DNA of 64,000 nucleotides, taken from the NCBI GenBank assembly GCA_965112155.1, contig OZ218109.1. One strand, 5' to 3'. Shown here piece by piece: positions 28,080 to 42,709 of the stretch (positions are counted from its first letter, which is position 1; every line of letters starts with the position of its first letter). The notes under the pieces are model-generated. The model did not search any database, was not told the origin of the DNA, and saw only the letters and a list, made by a program, of their open reading frames with translations. The position numbers and the translations under genes were made by a program. Source of the stretch: Podarcis liolepis (Eukaryota).

Positions 28080-29400
28080 TCTTGGAGGAGACTGATTATC
28101 TAGGCCCAGTTTTGGAACAGAATTGAGTTTGACCTTGGATTCCCTAGTGGATTCCCTTTCTTGGGACAGAGGAGTGCAACCTTGTAACTACTTCTTGATC
28201 TCTTAGCAGCTTCTGATGGCATCAACTAGGTGTCCTTCTGGACTGCCTCCAAGGAAAGGATATTGGGGGCCATTGTTTTACAGTGGTTCCAATCTTACCT
28301 ACCAGGTTGGTTATGAAGGATAGCATTAGGGGAGTGCCTTTCAGCTCTCTGGCACTTGTTTTATAGGGTGCCACGGGGCGCTATATTATCCCTGATAAAC
28401 ATACGAAACTGTTGGGAGTAGTTGTTAAGAGGTTGGGAGCCGGGTGTCACCTATATGCCATTAACAACCATCTTGTGTTTCTCTATAACATCTGAGTCAG
28501 GTGAGGTTGTGCAAAGCATGGACTGGTACCTGAATGCTGTGGTGGGCTAGATGAGGGCCAGTAAATTGAGTTGAAATCCTGCCCAGGTGGAAACATGGCT
28601 GATGAGTGGTTTCTGTGTCTGAGATATAGACCATTTGCCTGTTCTTGCACTCCCTCTGAGCAGGCATGCAGTCTGGAGGTACTCCTGGACCCAGCTTTGT
28701 CCCTTGAGATTCAGGTTGCCTCAGTAACTAGGAATGCCAATCACCAGCTTCAGCATGTGCATTAGCTGTGACTGTTCCTGAATCAGGATAGCTTGGTTAT
28801 GGTGGTTCAAGCATTGATAACTGAGGACAGACTACTATAATACACTCTATGTGGGGCTGCCCTTGGAGTAGGTTTGGAAGCAGTAGCTGACACAGAATTC
28901 TGCAGCCGGGTTGTTATTGGGCATGCTACCCTGCACCTATGTGGGAGCTTCACTGGCAGTCACTATGCCTACCAAGTTATTTTTAGTATCCCATTATTAT
29001 ATACAGCTCTAAGCAATCTTGGGCGTTGTGTTTAAAATATGGCCTTATTCCTTACTCCCCTGCCTGATCTTTGTAATTTGCCACAGAGGTATGTCTGACG
29101 GTGCCTGGCAGTGCTAGACTGTCCTCGGCAAGAAATTGTACATTATGTTTGAGTTAAGGAATTCTGTACCTAATGAAATCAAGTTGGTGTTGTCTGTAAT
29201 GAGCTTCAAGTGCCAACTTAAAGACTTTGTTATTTTAGCAAGTGTTAGGGAAATAATTTATTGTTTTCGTTATCTCATTAGAACATCTATTTTTTGTATT
29301 TCAGATTCTTTTATATATGTTGATTTTTATTGATGTTTTGGTTTTAATTCTGTATACCACGTGGGTATCTTTTTATGAATTTGCAGTATAGAAATGAATT
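28080..29400 (+). mobile_element. Long decayed L2 LINE fragment (RT region to 3' tail)
   Basis: Degenerate DYYNTLYVGLPL...QNSAAGLL...ELHWQS motifs match L2 ORF2 (DYCNALYxGLP...QNAAARLL...LHWLP); many stops and frameshifts. Boundaries approximate. Confidence 0.75.
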
Positions 29401-30214
29401 ATTAATAACTTTGGAGGTAGAAAGTTGCAGGTTCTCCAAATGATCTAGCTTCCCCTCCCTTCCTGCTATTTGATAGTACGTAGTTCAGGACATGGAGATG
29501 GGACTTCATGGGATACATTGTCCCCATAATTGGATGTTATATTCAAGTCGTCATTGTCACATGAGGCTCAGAATCTGTTAATAAAATGCAAGGTAAAACA
29601 ATGAGAAGTGATCCAACTGGAATAGTGTAGCTTCCACAGCTCTAATATTAGTTGTATTTTCTTAATATAATAACTCTTTGTCTGCACTCTGTGTCTGCAC
29701 ATACAATGAAATAAACTCTTACAGTGCTGCCCTAACCATGTCTGCTCAGAAGTCCTATTCAGTGGGGCTTAACTTCTAAGAAGGTGAAATTAGGTTTTCA
29801 GCCTTACCTATTACAAATTGTATCATAAAAAATATTAGTCTTAAAGACAGCGTGTGGCCTTCTGGTGTATCCCCCCCCCTCAGGAAACTGTATCTTGCCA
29901 TCAGTTTTCAAAATGCAGAATATCAAGACTTGGATTTATATATGGTGGGATTGAAAGATGGAAGAGTAAGTGAGAGAAAAACTTACAAAAATACTCTTTC
30001 CTGAGTTTACCTTCAGTGTAGTCTGGTTGTAACAGTTGTGCATATTCCCTCTAGTTACAGAATACTTGGCATTGATCACATGTACCTCAACTGTTGAGAG
30101 GGTTTTATTGTACTTAAGGCAAATATTTTCAGTTTTAAAAGGCCTTTTGTGCAAGCTGCCACACTAAAAACAGATGTGAATAGCTAAAAACACCATATTA
30201 ACTGTTGCATATAA

Positions 30215-30415
<201 letters not shown>

Positions 30416-31627
30416 TAACTGTTGTGTGTCATTCATTCAAAATAATATGTGCAATATATAGCAGTTCTGGTACCTGAAAACACTGTGGATGAGTTGGTTG
30501 AGGATAGGTAAGAGAAGAAGCAGAATAGAAGCTGAGGGAACATACTCTCCTTCATATTGTAATATTCCCTAATAGAAACATCTCTCTAGTTCATCCTTGC
30601 CTCCACTTCACACACCCCTGCCATGTTCAACTTCTCTTTTCCTTATTACCCAACAGTCCAGGCTTAGGTTGGGAGTTCCTCAAGGCAGGGATCTGTTATT
30701 TTAGAGTCCATTTGGAAAGGTCATAAGGTTCTGAGCAGCCATGTGCAAGATGGTATTTTTCCCCTACTGGAGCAAAGCTAGGGCATTTGGCCTTTTTAGC
30801 TTATAAATCACTGGTGAGCTCTGATATACAGAATACCATCTGCATGTTATTTGCGAGGGGTTGTGGCTTCTGAAATAATTTCAGGTTTGCCTTATGGCCA
30901 TGGGGTCTTCTTGCTTGGAGCAGGACAGCTTTATTAATGAAGTTTTTTAAATTTGAGACATGAGTAGGTTGGGTATACAGGAGGGATTCAGAACCTTATA
31001 TTTAGTCTTCTTTTTTAAATACTATGGAAATGTGAAAGTCCAAAAAGCAGCTGTCACTAATGTGTATCCATTCTAGAGGCCCACCTATACATTTCCTGTC
31101 TCCTGTTCCAGTTTGATTTTTATTTTCTTTTTTGTTCTTATGCTGCTTTTTATGGGCTTGCAGTACCTCTAGAAATCGGCACTGGGACAAGATAGGTGCT
31201 TCAGCCTGCTCTTTCAGGAAATGAGCTTTGTTCCCTAGCATTGACTCTTCCTTGCTTCAGATGTTGAGTCTAATATCTGGACAGGCTGGCTCTTTTAGTG
31301 TGGCTTTGAACTGGGGTGTTTAATTGAAGATAAACCCCAGGACCAAGTAAGTCCCAGGGAAAGGAACAGTTGCTGGTTATCATTTTGACAAGATGGAGGC
31401 ACCATAGGTGAGAAGTTCCCATGTTCAGGTTAGTTTCCTGATCTAGATAGAGTTGCACGCATTTAGAAGGAGGAGCTCTGTAATCTGAGAGTACTCCTGG
31501 ATACATCCTTGTCACTAGAGGCCCAGATGTTATCAGTAGCCAATGTCGAGAACCAGCTCGCCAAGAGTGCCTTTTTCCAGCTAGGGCCACAGTTGTTAAT
31601 GAATCGGTAACCTTTAGGCTTGATTAC

Positions 31628-31628
<1 letters not shown>

Positions 31629-31674
<46 letters not shown>
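31629..31674 (+). repeat. (ATT)n microsatellite
   Basis: About 15 perfect units. Confidence 0.95.
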
Positions 31675-31704
31675 GTATTAATGTAGTGCATCTACACTAC
31701 TAAC

Positions 31705-32151
31705 TGTTGTGATTCCTTCTCCATGATTACAGTCATGGGATTGTTGTCTTTCACATGACGGTGTATGTTTTGACTCCACAGAGTGGGAAGTGACGGAGAC
31801 AAGATGTTTGTGTTACTGTGTTCTGTGAAGTGGGACTATTGTCCTTTGTTCTTTTTCTCTTTGCTGTCTGATGCTAGAGAGAGAGGAAGCCATGTTGCAG
31901 TTCTCCATGTGTGTTCTTATGTAAATAATGTAGATTAGCCAAAATGCTGAGTTGCCGAGGTCTGTCACACAAGGTGTGAAGACTCTGCGGATACCCAAGT
32001 GTGTCGATGTCTGTTGGCATCGGTCGCTGTGCTGTTCGGGCAGAAGAAATCTTTTGAAGTTCCTGAACGATCGACCAGGAAGGAGGGAACATGCCAGTCG
32101 GGCATGTGTCTCTGCCAGGGTCCTACTCGAGTGTAGGACAAGCTCCTGACA
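31705..32151. mobile_element. Putative solo LTR (447 bp) inside an L2 fragment
   Basis: TGT...ACA termini; 5-bp flanks ctaac / ctatc (4/5). Downstream sequence resumes L2-like coding (LPTCYWVRFKVFILVFK) and runs to about 32600. Confidence 0.7.
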
Positions 32152-35100
32152 CTATCAGCACTGACTGCCAACATGCTACTGGGTCAGATTTAAGGTTTTC
32201 ATATTGGTCTTTAAAAGAATTTGGCATCAGAGTACCTGAGAGAGTTTCTTACCTTCCTACATACTGGTACAGCCATGGGGTATGCACTTCTTGCAGTGCT
32301 TCATGCCCCTGAGGTCTGCCACATGGTGACAAACAACTGGGGGAAACCCCGCCAAAAGGGCAGTGTATATAACAACAACAACAACAACAACTGTTGTAGG
32401 AATTCCCTTCCAGTGGATATCAGACAGGCATTGGCTATCTTGGCATTTCAGTGCCTTTTAATGGCATTTTTATTCCAACATGCCTTCCCAGAAGGATTTT
32501 CTTGGCCTGGTCCCTGTTGATTTTTGACAGTATAATTCTATTTTATTCTGTCTTGTACTTTGCTTTAAGGTTCTTTTGAATATAAAGCAATTAAGATAAT
32601 GCTTTTTTCTCTTCCCTCAGATCTGTAGTCAGCTTTCCATATCCTGTAGCAGTGTATATGATTCTTCTGTACTTTTCCTGTGTGTTATGAATGGGAAAAA
32701 TAGAGTACAGGGTTATGATAACTTAGCTAAGATGGGAAGTAGCTAAGCCCTTTTTACCACCCTGCTTAATGCCTTGCTGGAAAGCTGGAATTTCCCCTTA
32801 AATACAGGAAAGTTAAAGGCAGCCTGATCTTCTAAGCTGGTGTTGGGTTGTTCTTGAATCCCCATATTAAACACATATATTTGGCAGCGCCTGGTGGTTA
32901 AATAACTGCAGCTTTAGTGTGCTAACTAGGATAATGAGACACCCAAGTTTGAAACTCCCTTCCAGGGAGTGTTCAATCTGCCATTAGAGTAGAAATTGTC
33001 ACTGAATATATTTTTATTTGTCCAGTCATTCAGATAATTAGATGTGGTCCCCTTGCTGCAGATTTTACTGTTTTATATTGAGATTTTATGGTTTTGATTA
33101 TTTTATCACTGTATGGTTTAATTTTTAGTGTTAGCTGCTCTGTGCTCCTGATTGGAGTAAAGGTGGAATATAAAAATAGTGAGTGGTATTCAACTCAATT
33201 GCTCCATCAGTGCAAGGACATTTAGCTGTGCAATGGAACTTCCTCTCCCACTCTCAGGTGCCCCGCCCCCTAAATCAGTTTTGGGAGTTGCCTCAACTCT
33301 TCAAAGCTGACTTGGGAAGGGCGCACATAGGGTGGGGAACTTGAACTGCGTATATCTTGGGCTTACAGAAAGAGTGCATTGGGTACCACATAATGAATGA
33401 ATGATAATAATAAAAATACCTTGCTGAGTGTGATACTTCAGGTGAACAGTACTGTTAGTTTGTAGAAGGTGAATAATTTTTTTTATTTCTATGATTATTC
33501 CAAATTAATCAGAGGTACAGATGCCCTCCTTTGGTTTGCATAGAACAGATTTGAAGAAAGATGTGAAAGGATTTTTGGAGTTGAGATTTAAATTTTCAAC
33601 TTCAGTTCTGTCACTGGTAAATTGTCATAGTAATTCTAATATTGTAATTGCATAGTATCTGTTTTGCAAACTGGAGGTACTGTTGTTCTTTGTCTGTTAA
33701 ATGGCCTAGCAAGACCTCAACATGTACAGTTGATTACCTCAAATTCTATTGATTTAACTTGGAGCTTTAGGGAACATGGTCACTTTGACCCATTTTTCAT
33801 TTTGTTGGAGTGTTTCATGCTGTCCTTATTAATGCATTGGTCTGACTCTACATGAAGATCTGGCTATTGATTGACATAATAGTAGCTGGGAGTATTGGAA
33901 ATACTGAGCGCCATTCAGCAGTAATGGAATGGTTAGACTTGCTGGATGTATGGTTTTAGGCACTATTATGTAAGAGGAATACAATCAATTATTACCTACT
34001 TGGGGTGAAACCATGTTTTCCTTTAACTACTGGTTAGCTTAGTTTAAAAGTATATCTGGGTTATAATTACTGCATTACTACTGAAAAACATGGTGAACTG
34101 GTGCAGTTTCTGAGTTTCAGTTCAGAGAATGGAGGAAGGTCATATCCCAAGAAGTGGAACACATGCTCTGAATGCAAAAAGTTCTAAGTTTAGTTTATTG
34201 ACGTCTCTAGTTAAAAGGATTGAGTAGAAAGGGATAGAAAAACCTTTGTCAGAGACCCTAGAGCAGGAATGACGAATGTGGCGCCTTCCAGATGATGTTG
34301 GACTGTAGCTCTCATCATTGAACATTGGCTGTGTTGGCTGAGGCTAATGGGAGTTGGTCCATGTCATGAGACCACTACATTGGCTACCTGTATCCTAGAG
34401 CTAGAGCATGGTGCCCTCCAGACATTGTTGGACTCACAATGCAATCACCCCCAGCAAGCATGTCCAGTGGTTGGGGATGATGGGAATTGTAGTCCAGCAA
34501 CATCTGGTAAGTGTCACATTAGCTACATACATCTGTTCCAGAGGGCTGCTGTGAATCAGAGTATACAATTCTGGGATAGAGGGGCAAACGGTCTGACCTG
34601 GTTTTTATTAATTTTTATTCTTAAAAAGTTTGCAAGTTGCTTGTAAGGTAAAAATAAAATCCTCTCAAGGTGGCTCAAAACATTAATAAAAGGCGGCGGC
34701 AGGAACAGCACCCATCCATGGGCAGCTCCCTATGTAGCAGAATAATTTTCATTTTTAAAAAATACTGGGCATGGAACCCCTTAAGGTCTTAGTCTCAGCA
34801 CTTTCTGTTTAAATCGCACACAAAAATCTTCATGGGCTCTTGTGTTCTGTTGGTGATTCACAATTTTTATATTCTCTAAAAATTGGATTCTCAATTTTGG
34901 ATTCTCAACCAGGAACTATCCTAGCAGTAAGCAAAAGAGTATAGGCTGCTGCCTCAGGGGCCACATGCTAGTTTGTGTGGGGCACAGAGTGGCAGCTCCC
35001 CAGGTATATTCCTCTGTGTGTAACACAGTTTACTAGCCTGCTGCCCTTAAGGGCAGTGGAGGACACTGTCCTCTCATCAATGTTAAGTGAGATTAAATGG

Positions 35101-36448
35101 CTAGTTCAGTTGATTTCTGTATATTCTTCCCCTGCCTGTCTTGTCCTTCATTTCTGGTAGTAACATGTATTGGGCCCAGCCGCTTCTCAACACTTTTGTT
35201 AGGGATGGATAAACTGTATTAGACCAAAATCAGTTTATCTCAAGACCATAATTCTGTATGCAAGAAACCCATCCACTCTTCAAAATGATCATGATTGGTC
35301 TTATGCCTTCCAGCCACCTAATTAATGGCCAGTCCCAGCTAATCCATGTGTTAAAAATAGACAGAATATCATATATTTGGCCTGAATTGAGTGAACTATG
35401 CAAGTTACTGTTTGATAAACCTTTGAGCAAGGACATAAAACTACTAATCTGATGTTTTACCACGATTATGGACATCACTTTAGTACTACAACACTAAAAT
35501 AACATGACGGAGACCAAATTAAAACTAAATGCTGTGGTATTTAATCTGTTTTAATGGACAAAATAAGCTCACAAGACTTAGAAAAATTAAGCTGCAGTTC
35601 AAAATTGTCTGTTTTCAAAGCAGTTAAATCATTTTGTTCTCAAATGACCAAAGTGTAGAATTTGGCACCTCTTAGCAATTTCTTATTTTGAAAGCAAATA
35701 AAGTGCTTTCCATTCTTCAGACTTTATATCCAGATGGTAACCTGCAACCCAGATATGACTTGCAGCGTGATCTTATCTAGTGCCTTAAGGTTGTCACAAA
35801 TTTTAATTAAGGTGTACCAAAAATATTGCCTACAGAGTCACTTTCAGGGAAAAGAACATTTGTTTCCAAAAGTTGTATGCAAGTGAGATTTCATGCTTCA
35901 TGTTGAGTTTTGGATGTAATTATATCTTACCACTAACTGCTTGGAGAAGCATTGGGAAAATATAATACTTAAAATTTTTATTGCTGTCATAAAACAATAT
36001 AAAATCAAATAAGAGTTCATAAAGTAAAAAAAAGTCAGCCAATTAAATTAAAAAACATTAGAAAAGAGGAAATCCACAAATGCTTATTGAGTACAGATTT
36101 TGGCTGTACTGCTGATCAGGTTGTACGGCGTGACAACATGCATGTCTCACCTTTGGAAGTCCGACTGGCAAATAGTCTTGCAAGAGATAATTAGCCCTCA
36201 AAAAAATTTTGTTCCATCTGATGTCATATCTGTGTTTTAATACTTTATGACACAAATAGCATTATGAATGTGTTGGGAAAGCCATCTCCCTTTTGAGTGG
36301 ACAAAACTTTTCTTCATCATTCACCTAGAGGCAACATTTAGTACTCCACAGGTGAGTGACTGAAGTAGCTTCTAAGAAAATGGAATGTGGACATTTATTC
36401 AGTACTGTTTATATTGTCGGTTTCCTCTATCATGGAACTCAGGGTGGT

Positions 36449-36512
36449 GCATCTGGGATTCCCAGGCAGCCTTCCATCCAGGCACTTTCCAGATCCAGGC
36501 CTGCTTAGCTTC
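36449..36512 (-). mobile_element. 5S rRNA-derived SINE remnant or 5S pseudogene fragment
   Basis: Reverse complement GAAGCTAAGCAGGCCTGGATCTGGAAAGTGCCTGGATGGAAGGCTGCCTGGGAATCCCAGATGC aligns without gaps to the 3' half of vertebrate 5S rRNA (about 49/64 by hand, against the recalled sequence). Confidence 0.75.
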
Positions 36513-39500
36513 AGCAGCGTGGTTTCATCATGTGTCTTCATAACATGTCATTCAAACCTTCCATGTGTACAGTTTCTCTCCAAGTGGTGCAAGTAAAGAC
36601 ATGGGCTTTTTAAGTTTGTCCATATGCACAAGTTACAGAGTTTTTAAGACTGTTACAATTCCTCTACAGTTGCAGATTTTTTACTACTTTGGAGATCGAA
36701 ATCTTCAAAATTCTGTAGCCTTGACACGTGTATCGGGTAGCAGTCAATATGAATATATTGCAGAACCAGCATCTTAAATTATAATAATTGTTATTTTGGT
36801 TCTTAACAAAAAAAGTGGATTTAAAAAAAATAGTTTTCAGCTCACTTGCACCTTATTTTATAAGAGAGAATGTTTAAAAAGCTACATTTCAGGACTATCA
36901 GTTATCGTGCATAGTGAAGGAGAACCCGAGAAACTGTGGTAGAAGATAAAAGGACATCATGCATAAATTAGCTATTAATATTTTGTAAAAAAATACTTGC
37001 TTTTGACATGTAACAAAACCATGGCTTAGTGCAGGGTAGACTTTCACACGGAGAAGGGCTGAAGTCCTAGTTGCTCCTAATCATACAGTTGCAGGTTTAT
37101 GTGCATGTACCTGCAATCTTCTGTGCACAAGTTGCTATCCATGAAACACTTATGTGGGCTTATGCACAATCATCAGCTACATTCCACTGTTTTCCGGACT
37201 GTGTATAAAGTGTGGGGCTAGAAGGTTGGAGTGATGGAACAGATCTGCGCCCATAGTACAGGTTGCTGCTTGAACAAAAGTCCACACTGATGAAAGGGAT
37301 GGCATAGAAGGGCTTTCTGGCAGTTGTGCTGCCTTTGAAAGGTGCACAGTTAGTGCTTTGAAAATCAGAGAAGCCCGGTGAACAGTCATGGAATACTGGG
37401 GGCTGTACACCTTACCCAAACAGCTGCTGGTGCTCATTTTAATAGTTGCGTGTTTCTTTCATATGTAGCTTTAAAAATAAAGTATGTGGGTAGCATTTTT
37501 CCTCCTCATAATAGGTGTTGAGAAAATAGAATTTGGAGTTATTTATATGGCAAATGAGTAGAAGAATGAGATAATACTTGAGGTGGGGACGGAGATCTTC
37601 AAAGCTCTCAAGTTTCAACCTTACTATAACACAGTCATAATTTGCTAAAATCAAATGAGTTGGTGCAAATTTTTTTTTCTAGTTCATCTTTGTGTCCATT
37701 GAAAAGCCAGCCAGCAACTTGAGCTATGGCATTCCTAAATCTGAAAATTCAAATTTTCCACCTGCTTGTTAAAACAAATTTGGGTTATGGTCCTTTTGAC
37801 ATGGTTGCTTTTAAAGGGCCTTATTGGCAATACTTTTCAACCTCTGACACTTAAATGGGAAGACACTATAGCTCATTGAAAAAGCACATCCTTTGCATGT
37901 TCAGTCCCTATCATCACCAGCTAAAAAAGATCAGATAGTGCTGTGGAATGTGAGCTCCCTTTAACAGGAGAGTGAGTAAGCAAGCTCATGCAACATATTG
38001 CATGTTTTGCCAGCTGGGGCAATGGGCTGAGCTGCCTTTGTCTTGGTGTTTCTTTCACTGTCTGAAGGAAGCCAGATACTGCAGTGGCCATGCTGCTGCT
38101 GTGTTTCCTTCTACTACTGCCAGTCTGGGTGGAGTCTCTCTCATATGCACCACAACCACAGCTGAGGTCTGTGAATGTGCATCTGTCAGAAGAAAAGAGG
38201 AAGCTCAGAGGTGGTGGTGATAAGAACCTTGCCCGGAGGCAACTTTTATGCCCCATTTTCAAGCAGGGCAAGTGTTTTATTACAAGCTTGCTCTGTGCAT
38301 AGTCAAAAATTTCCACGCACTTTCTGAATATTAAATACAAGTAAGGGTGAGAGAAGCCACTCTGCTGCGAAAGGAATTACTGTGCCTGCAGATGAACATA
38401 TTAGTCCATTGTTGGGTCTGTGAAACCACTGAAATGTTAGAATCTCTTATATGTGTCTTTAGAAATGTCTCCAATTCTTCTGCATGATTAACATTTTAAA
38501 TATATTACCCATTTACCATTTAACACAAATGATAAATGGTGTAACCCATAGTATTACAGTATAGATAATCAGGTGTTAGTTTGATATCAAAAAGCTCAAT
38601 GTAATCTGATGAGTGGTACTGAGTGAATAGGTTTTGCTTTAGGGATAGCTCTGAATAAGATATCTTACTTCCAGTTCTCCATTTTCTAAGTCAAAACTGC
38701 AAATCTGACTTCTCATTCCCACAGGCTGACGTTTTGGCAAGTTTTACTACAATATCTACTCCTTGTCCTTTTTCTTGAGCTAAATATTTATTTTCTTTAT
38801 TTGTCTGGGAATCTGTATTTTGCAGTTGCACTAAAGCACTTCACTTGTGCACTTCTAAACAAGTGCTTCCTTTGTTTTGAAGCTTTTCACATCTGCTTCT
38901 GTTCATGTGGTTCAACTTGCCTTTGCAAGCCACTTTTTCAATATAGCAGATGCAGTGTAAAGAAAAGTGGGGGATGTGGCAGGAGCACAGCTTGCAAGTT
39001 GCCAATATTACATGGTCTGTGTTATTGCTGTTTATAAGTTTTTAATTTAGTTCATGTTCTAAGCATGCATTTGTGACTTCAGTATGCAGCAGTGAAATGT
39101 GCACTTATCTAAAACAGTGCTCCATGGTGAAAATGTTATTAGCAACATATGAAGGAAATTCTCTTGCATGTTGTTTGTAGAGAGGTATTGTCGTGCCTAG
39201 AAATGACTAGTTGTCTGAGCTGTGAACCAGGAAGTCTTCTGGTTCAAATGTTACCTCTGCCACAAACTCACTTCGGCAAACTAAACCCCTTCTCCCCCAG
39301 TAACAGCATCCATCAGTAATAAAGGATATTAATCCTCTTTTAGGGCTGATCTAAGGCAGAGGCCCCCAATCTTTTACCCTGATGAGCACATTTGGATTTT
39401 TGAGCAAGGATGGTGAGGCACCACCCGCTCTGGTCACTTCTCACCCCCACCTCCAAGAGTGAGAAAACTATAAAGTGCATGTACACAGACTTCGCTTTTC

Positions 39501-39897
39501 CAAGGGATCTGAGCAAAAACCGGATCCAGTAGCATTAATCTGAGCCTTAAAAAGCACATAGACTTGAAAGAGGATGTGGGAAAGAGCATTACTCTTCTAG
39601 CTTCCTTCTTCAGCTCTGTCTACTGTTCAGGGTAGAAAAAGCTAATCACCCTCACCACCTGATGTTGAAGGGGGAAGTGGGGGGGGCAGAGCACAGAGGC
39701 TTTGGGTGTGCCAGGGGCAGACCTCAAGGGCACCATTGCACTCATGGGTGCCACATTGGCGACCCTGCTCTAAAAAGATACATATGTGAAATATACATAT
39801 ATGCAATATAAGTGTTAAATGGTGTTCTAACATTATAAGATCAAAACAAGAGCAAGTAATGGTGCCATATCATACTTGTTGGTTTTCATTCGTTTAG

Positions 39898-40059
<162 letters not shown>

Positions 40060-41499
40060 TAGCACATTCATGTTCTTCTCCCTTTTACAGACTCCCGATT
40101 TAAGGGTTTCTTTAATGTGCATGAATGGGAAGAATGCATTGGGAAGTCAGTAGAGTACTCTCTGATAATATTGACATAAAGCTGTACTGCACTGTTTTAC
40201 GTTATTGTGTGCATTGTTCCAAAGGTAGATAGATGCGTGATAAGAATCAAATCTGTCCCAGATTCAAAAATGTCCCTGCAGTGATGCTTGAAATATAACT
40301 TAGTATCCGTGACTCACATATTCTTGTCATTATTTGGCCACAATTAACATGAAAGCCAATTAATATATTTGGGTATTATATGTTAAAATTGAAATAATCA
40401 TATACTGTCTGTAACAGTAATTCTTATATGCTCAGTTGACACCATAGAAATGGCATACTGCATATTACTGTAGATATTGTTGCTTGTATACAATGCAGCA
40501 CTAAGTAAATGCCTCGTCAGTGCAAGTATTCCAGCTTGCTCAGTTGGACCCCCCTCCCCCACAAGTCTCTGCTGAAATATTTTAAGAGGAGTAAAACGAA
40601 CAAAATTAACACGGTGAAGAGCAAGAATAGGACGGTGTTAAACACCTATGCACTGGGAACAATGCTAACATTCTTGATGGGTTTAAGGTTCAAACTGAAA
40701 ATATATTCAAAAGGTGCTAAAAGTGTGATTATTGCTTATAGGAGCAAGATCTTCCTAGATATAATGTCACACATTCTTTACATGGCGAAATAAAATGGTG
40801 CAGTTTATTTATTTATTTTTTGTACGATGCCTTTTTGTGGCATCAAAGCCTAGTTGATTTTTTTTGGTTAGCTAACATTGCCACCTGGCTGTTTGTTTTA
40901 AGAGTAACTTTAGAAAGCTATTTTAATTTACATATGCAAAAGAGCAGCAGCCAGCCTTTTTTTCTGAGAAAGGTTGCATTCTAATCAATCCCATCATTAT
41001 TAGGCTTTTGCATTGGAGGACAGCCCTCAATTGTATTTGAGAGTTCATCATAGACTCTATTAAAATCCACTGTTGTAAGTACAGTACACCATTCTGTCTT
41101 AGGAGGCATGTTCAGAGCTCTGTAAACAGGTCAGAATGAGTGTATCTTCTTTCCAAGGCAGATGTGTGAATTACAACATTATGTTTTATGAACATTTAGA
41201 TATGGTTGTGATTCTCAAATATACCTCTATATCTTCTCAGAACAATCATAGAAAGCAACTCTTCATGTTAAGCTAATGGTTAGTATTTGGAAGAGAGCAT
41301 TCATATCAGGACAACTAAATTCCATGCAAGAAGCAGTAATCGTAACCCATGTTTATCTCTGAAGTGTGATATTGTAGTTTTGTAGTTAGTCTTATTTGTA
41401 TGGCAGGTGCCTTTCCTCCCCCTTTCAGCTAGACTCAAGATGTGCGCATTGTCAGTTACACGCCTTCTTTTATTTGATTTTGTCTCCTCTTCCTGCTAG

Positions 41500-41679
<180 letters not shown>

Positions 41680-42469
41680 TGAATTTCTGTCTACAGTTTA
41701 AAATGGATTTCATAGTTATGAATTATAAGGACGATTTTATACCAGTTTTAATTCATGCAGGAAAAATTAGTGACAGGTTGTTTAACAAGCCTGGAAAAGT
41801 TGGGGAGAAATCTCCTGTTTAAAAATAATAAATTCGCAGCATTGAGTTGACCAGAAACAAGGGTTAGCAGTCCACTTCAGTATTTCTCTTCAGCACAGGC
41901 CCTAGGGCCTTGTTAACCAGTTCAGTAATCTGGTGCTGGTCAGAATGCCCGTATTTTCCATTGTCTGGGGGTGGGGGGTAGTAATTAACTGCAGGGTCAA
42001 GTACAGATAGTCTTGACTGGTTCACAACCATTCTGCAGACCACCTGAATGGAGCTCACAGACCACCAGTAATCAGTGAACCACAGTTTGAGAACCTCTGC
42101 TCTAACAAAGACTCCTGATAAGTACCATGTAACTCGTTAGAGGTCTGTGTTTATTCAGCCCTTTCAGATGTGGGGTGAAAAATACCCATTACTACCATAC
42201 ACTCCGATACCTTTGGTGCGGTGGCTGCACATTTGGCTGTTAGCATATACCTCTGGATTTGTTTAATGTGTTTGGTTTTCTGATGTCATGGATGTCACAG
42301 TGTTCCTTGCAAGTATTATGTCCTTTTTCTTGATCCAGTACACTGATCACTTTGATAAGCATAGTACTGAGCAGGTAAAGCTCTATAAGAGTAGGGATGT
42401 AAACTTTTCTTCCTTTTCATCAGAAATCTAAGATGCATAGCTCTTTAATATTTCTCTACCTTCAGATGA

Positions 42470-42709
<240 letters not shown>

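Noticed and set aside
32600-36357. Isolated strong splice signals in intron 2 (acceptor at 32620, donor CAG|GTGAGT at 36351)
   Set aside because: No matching partner site defining a plausible exon was found.
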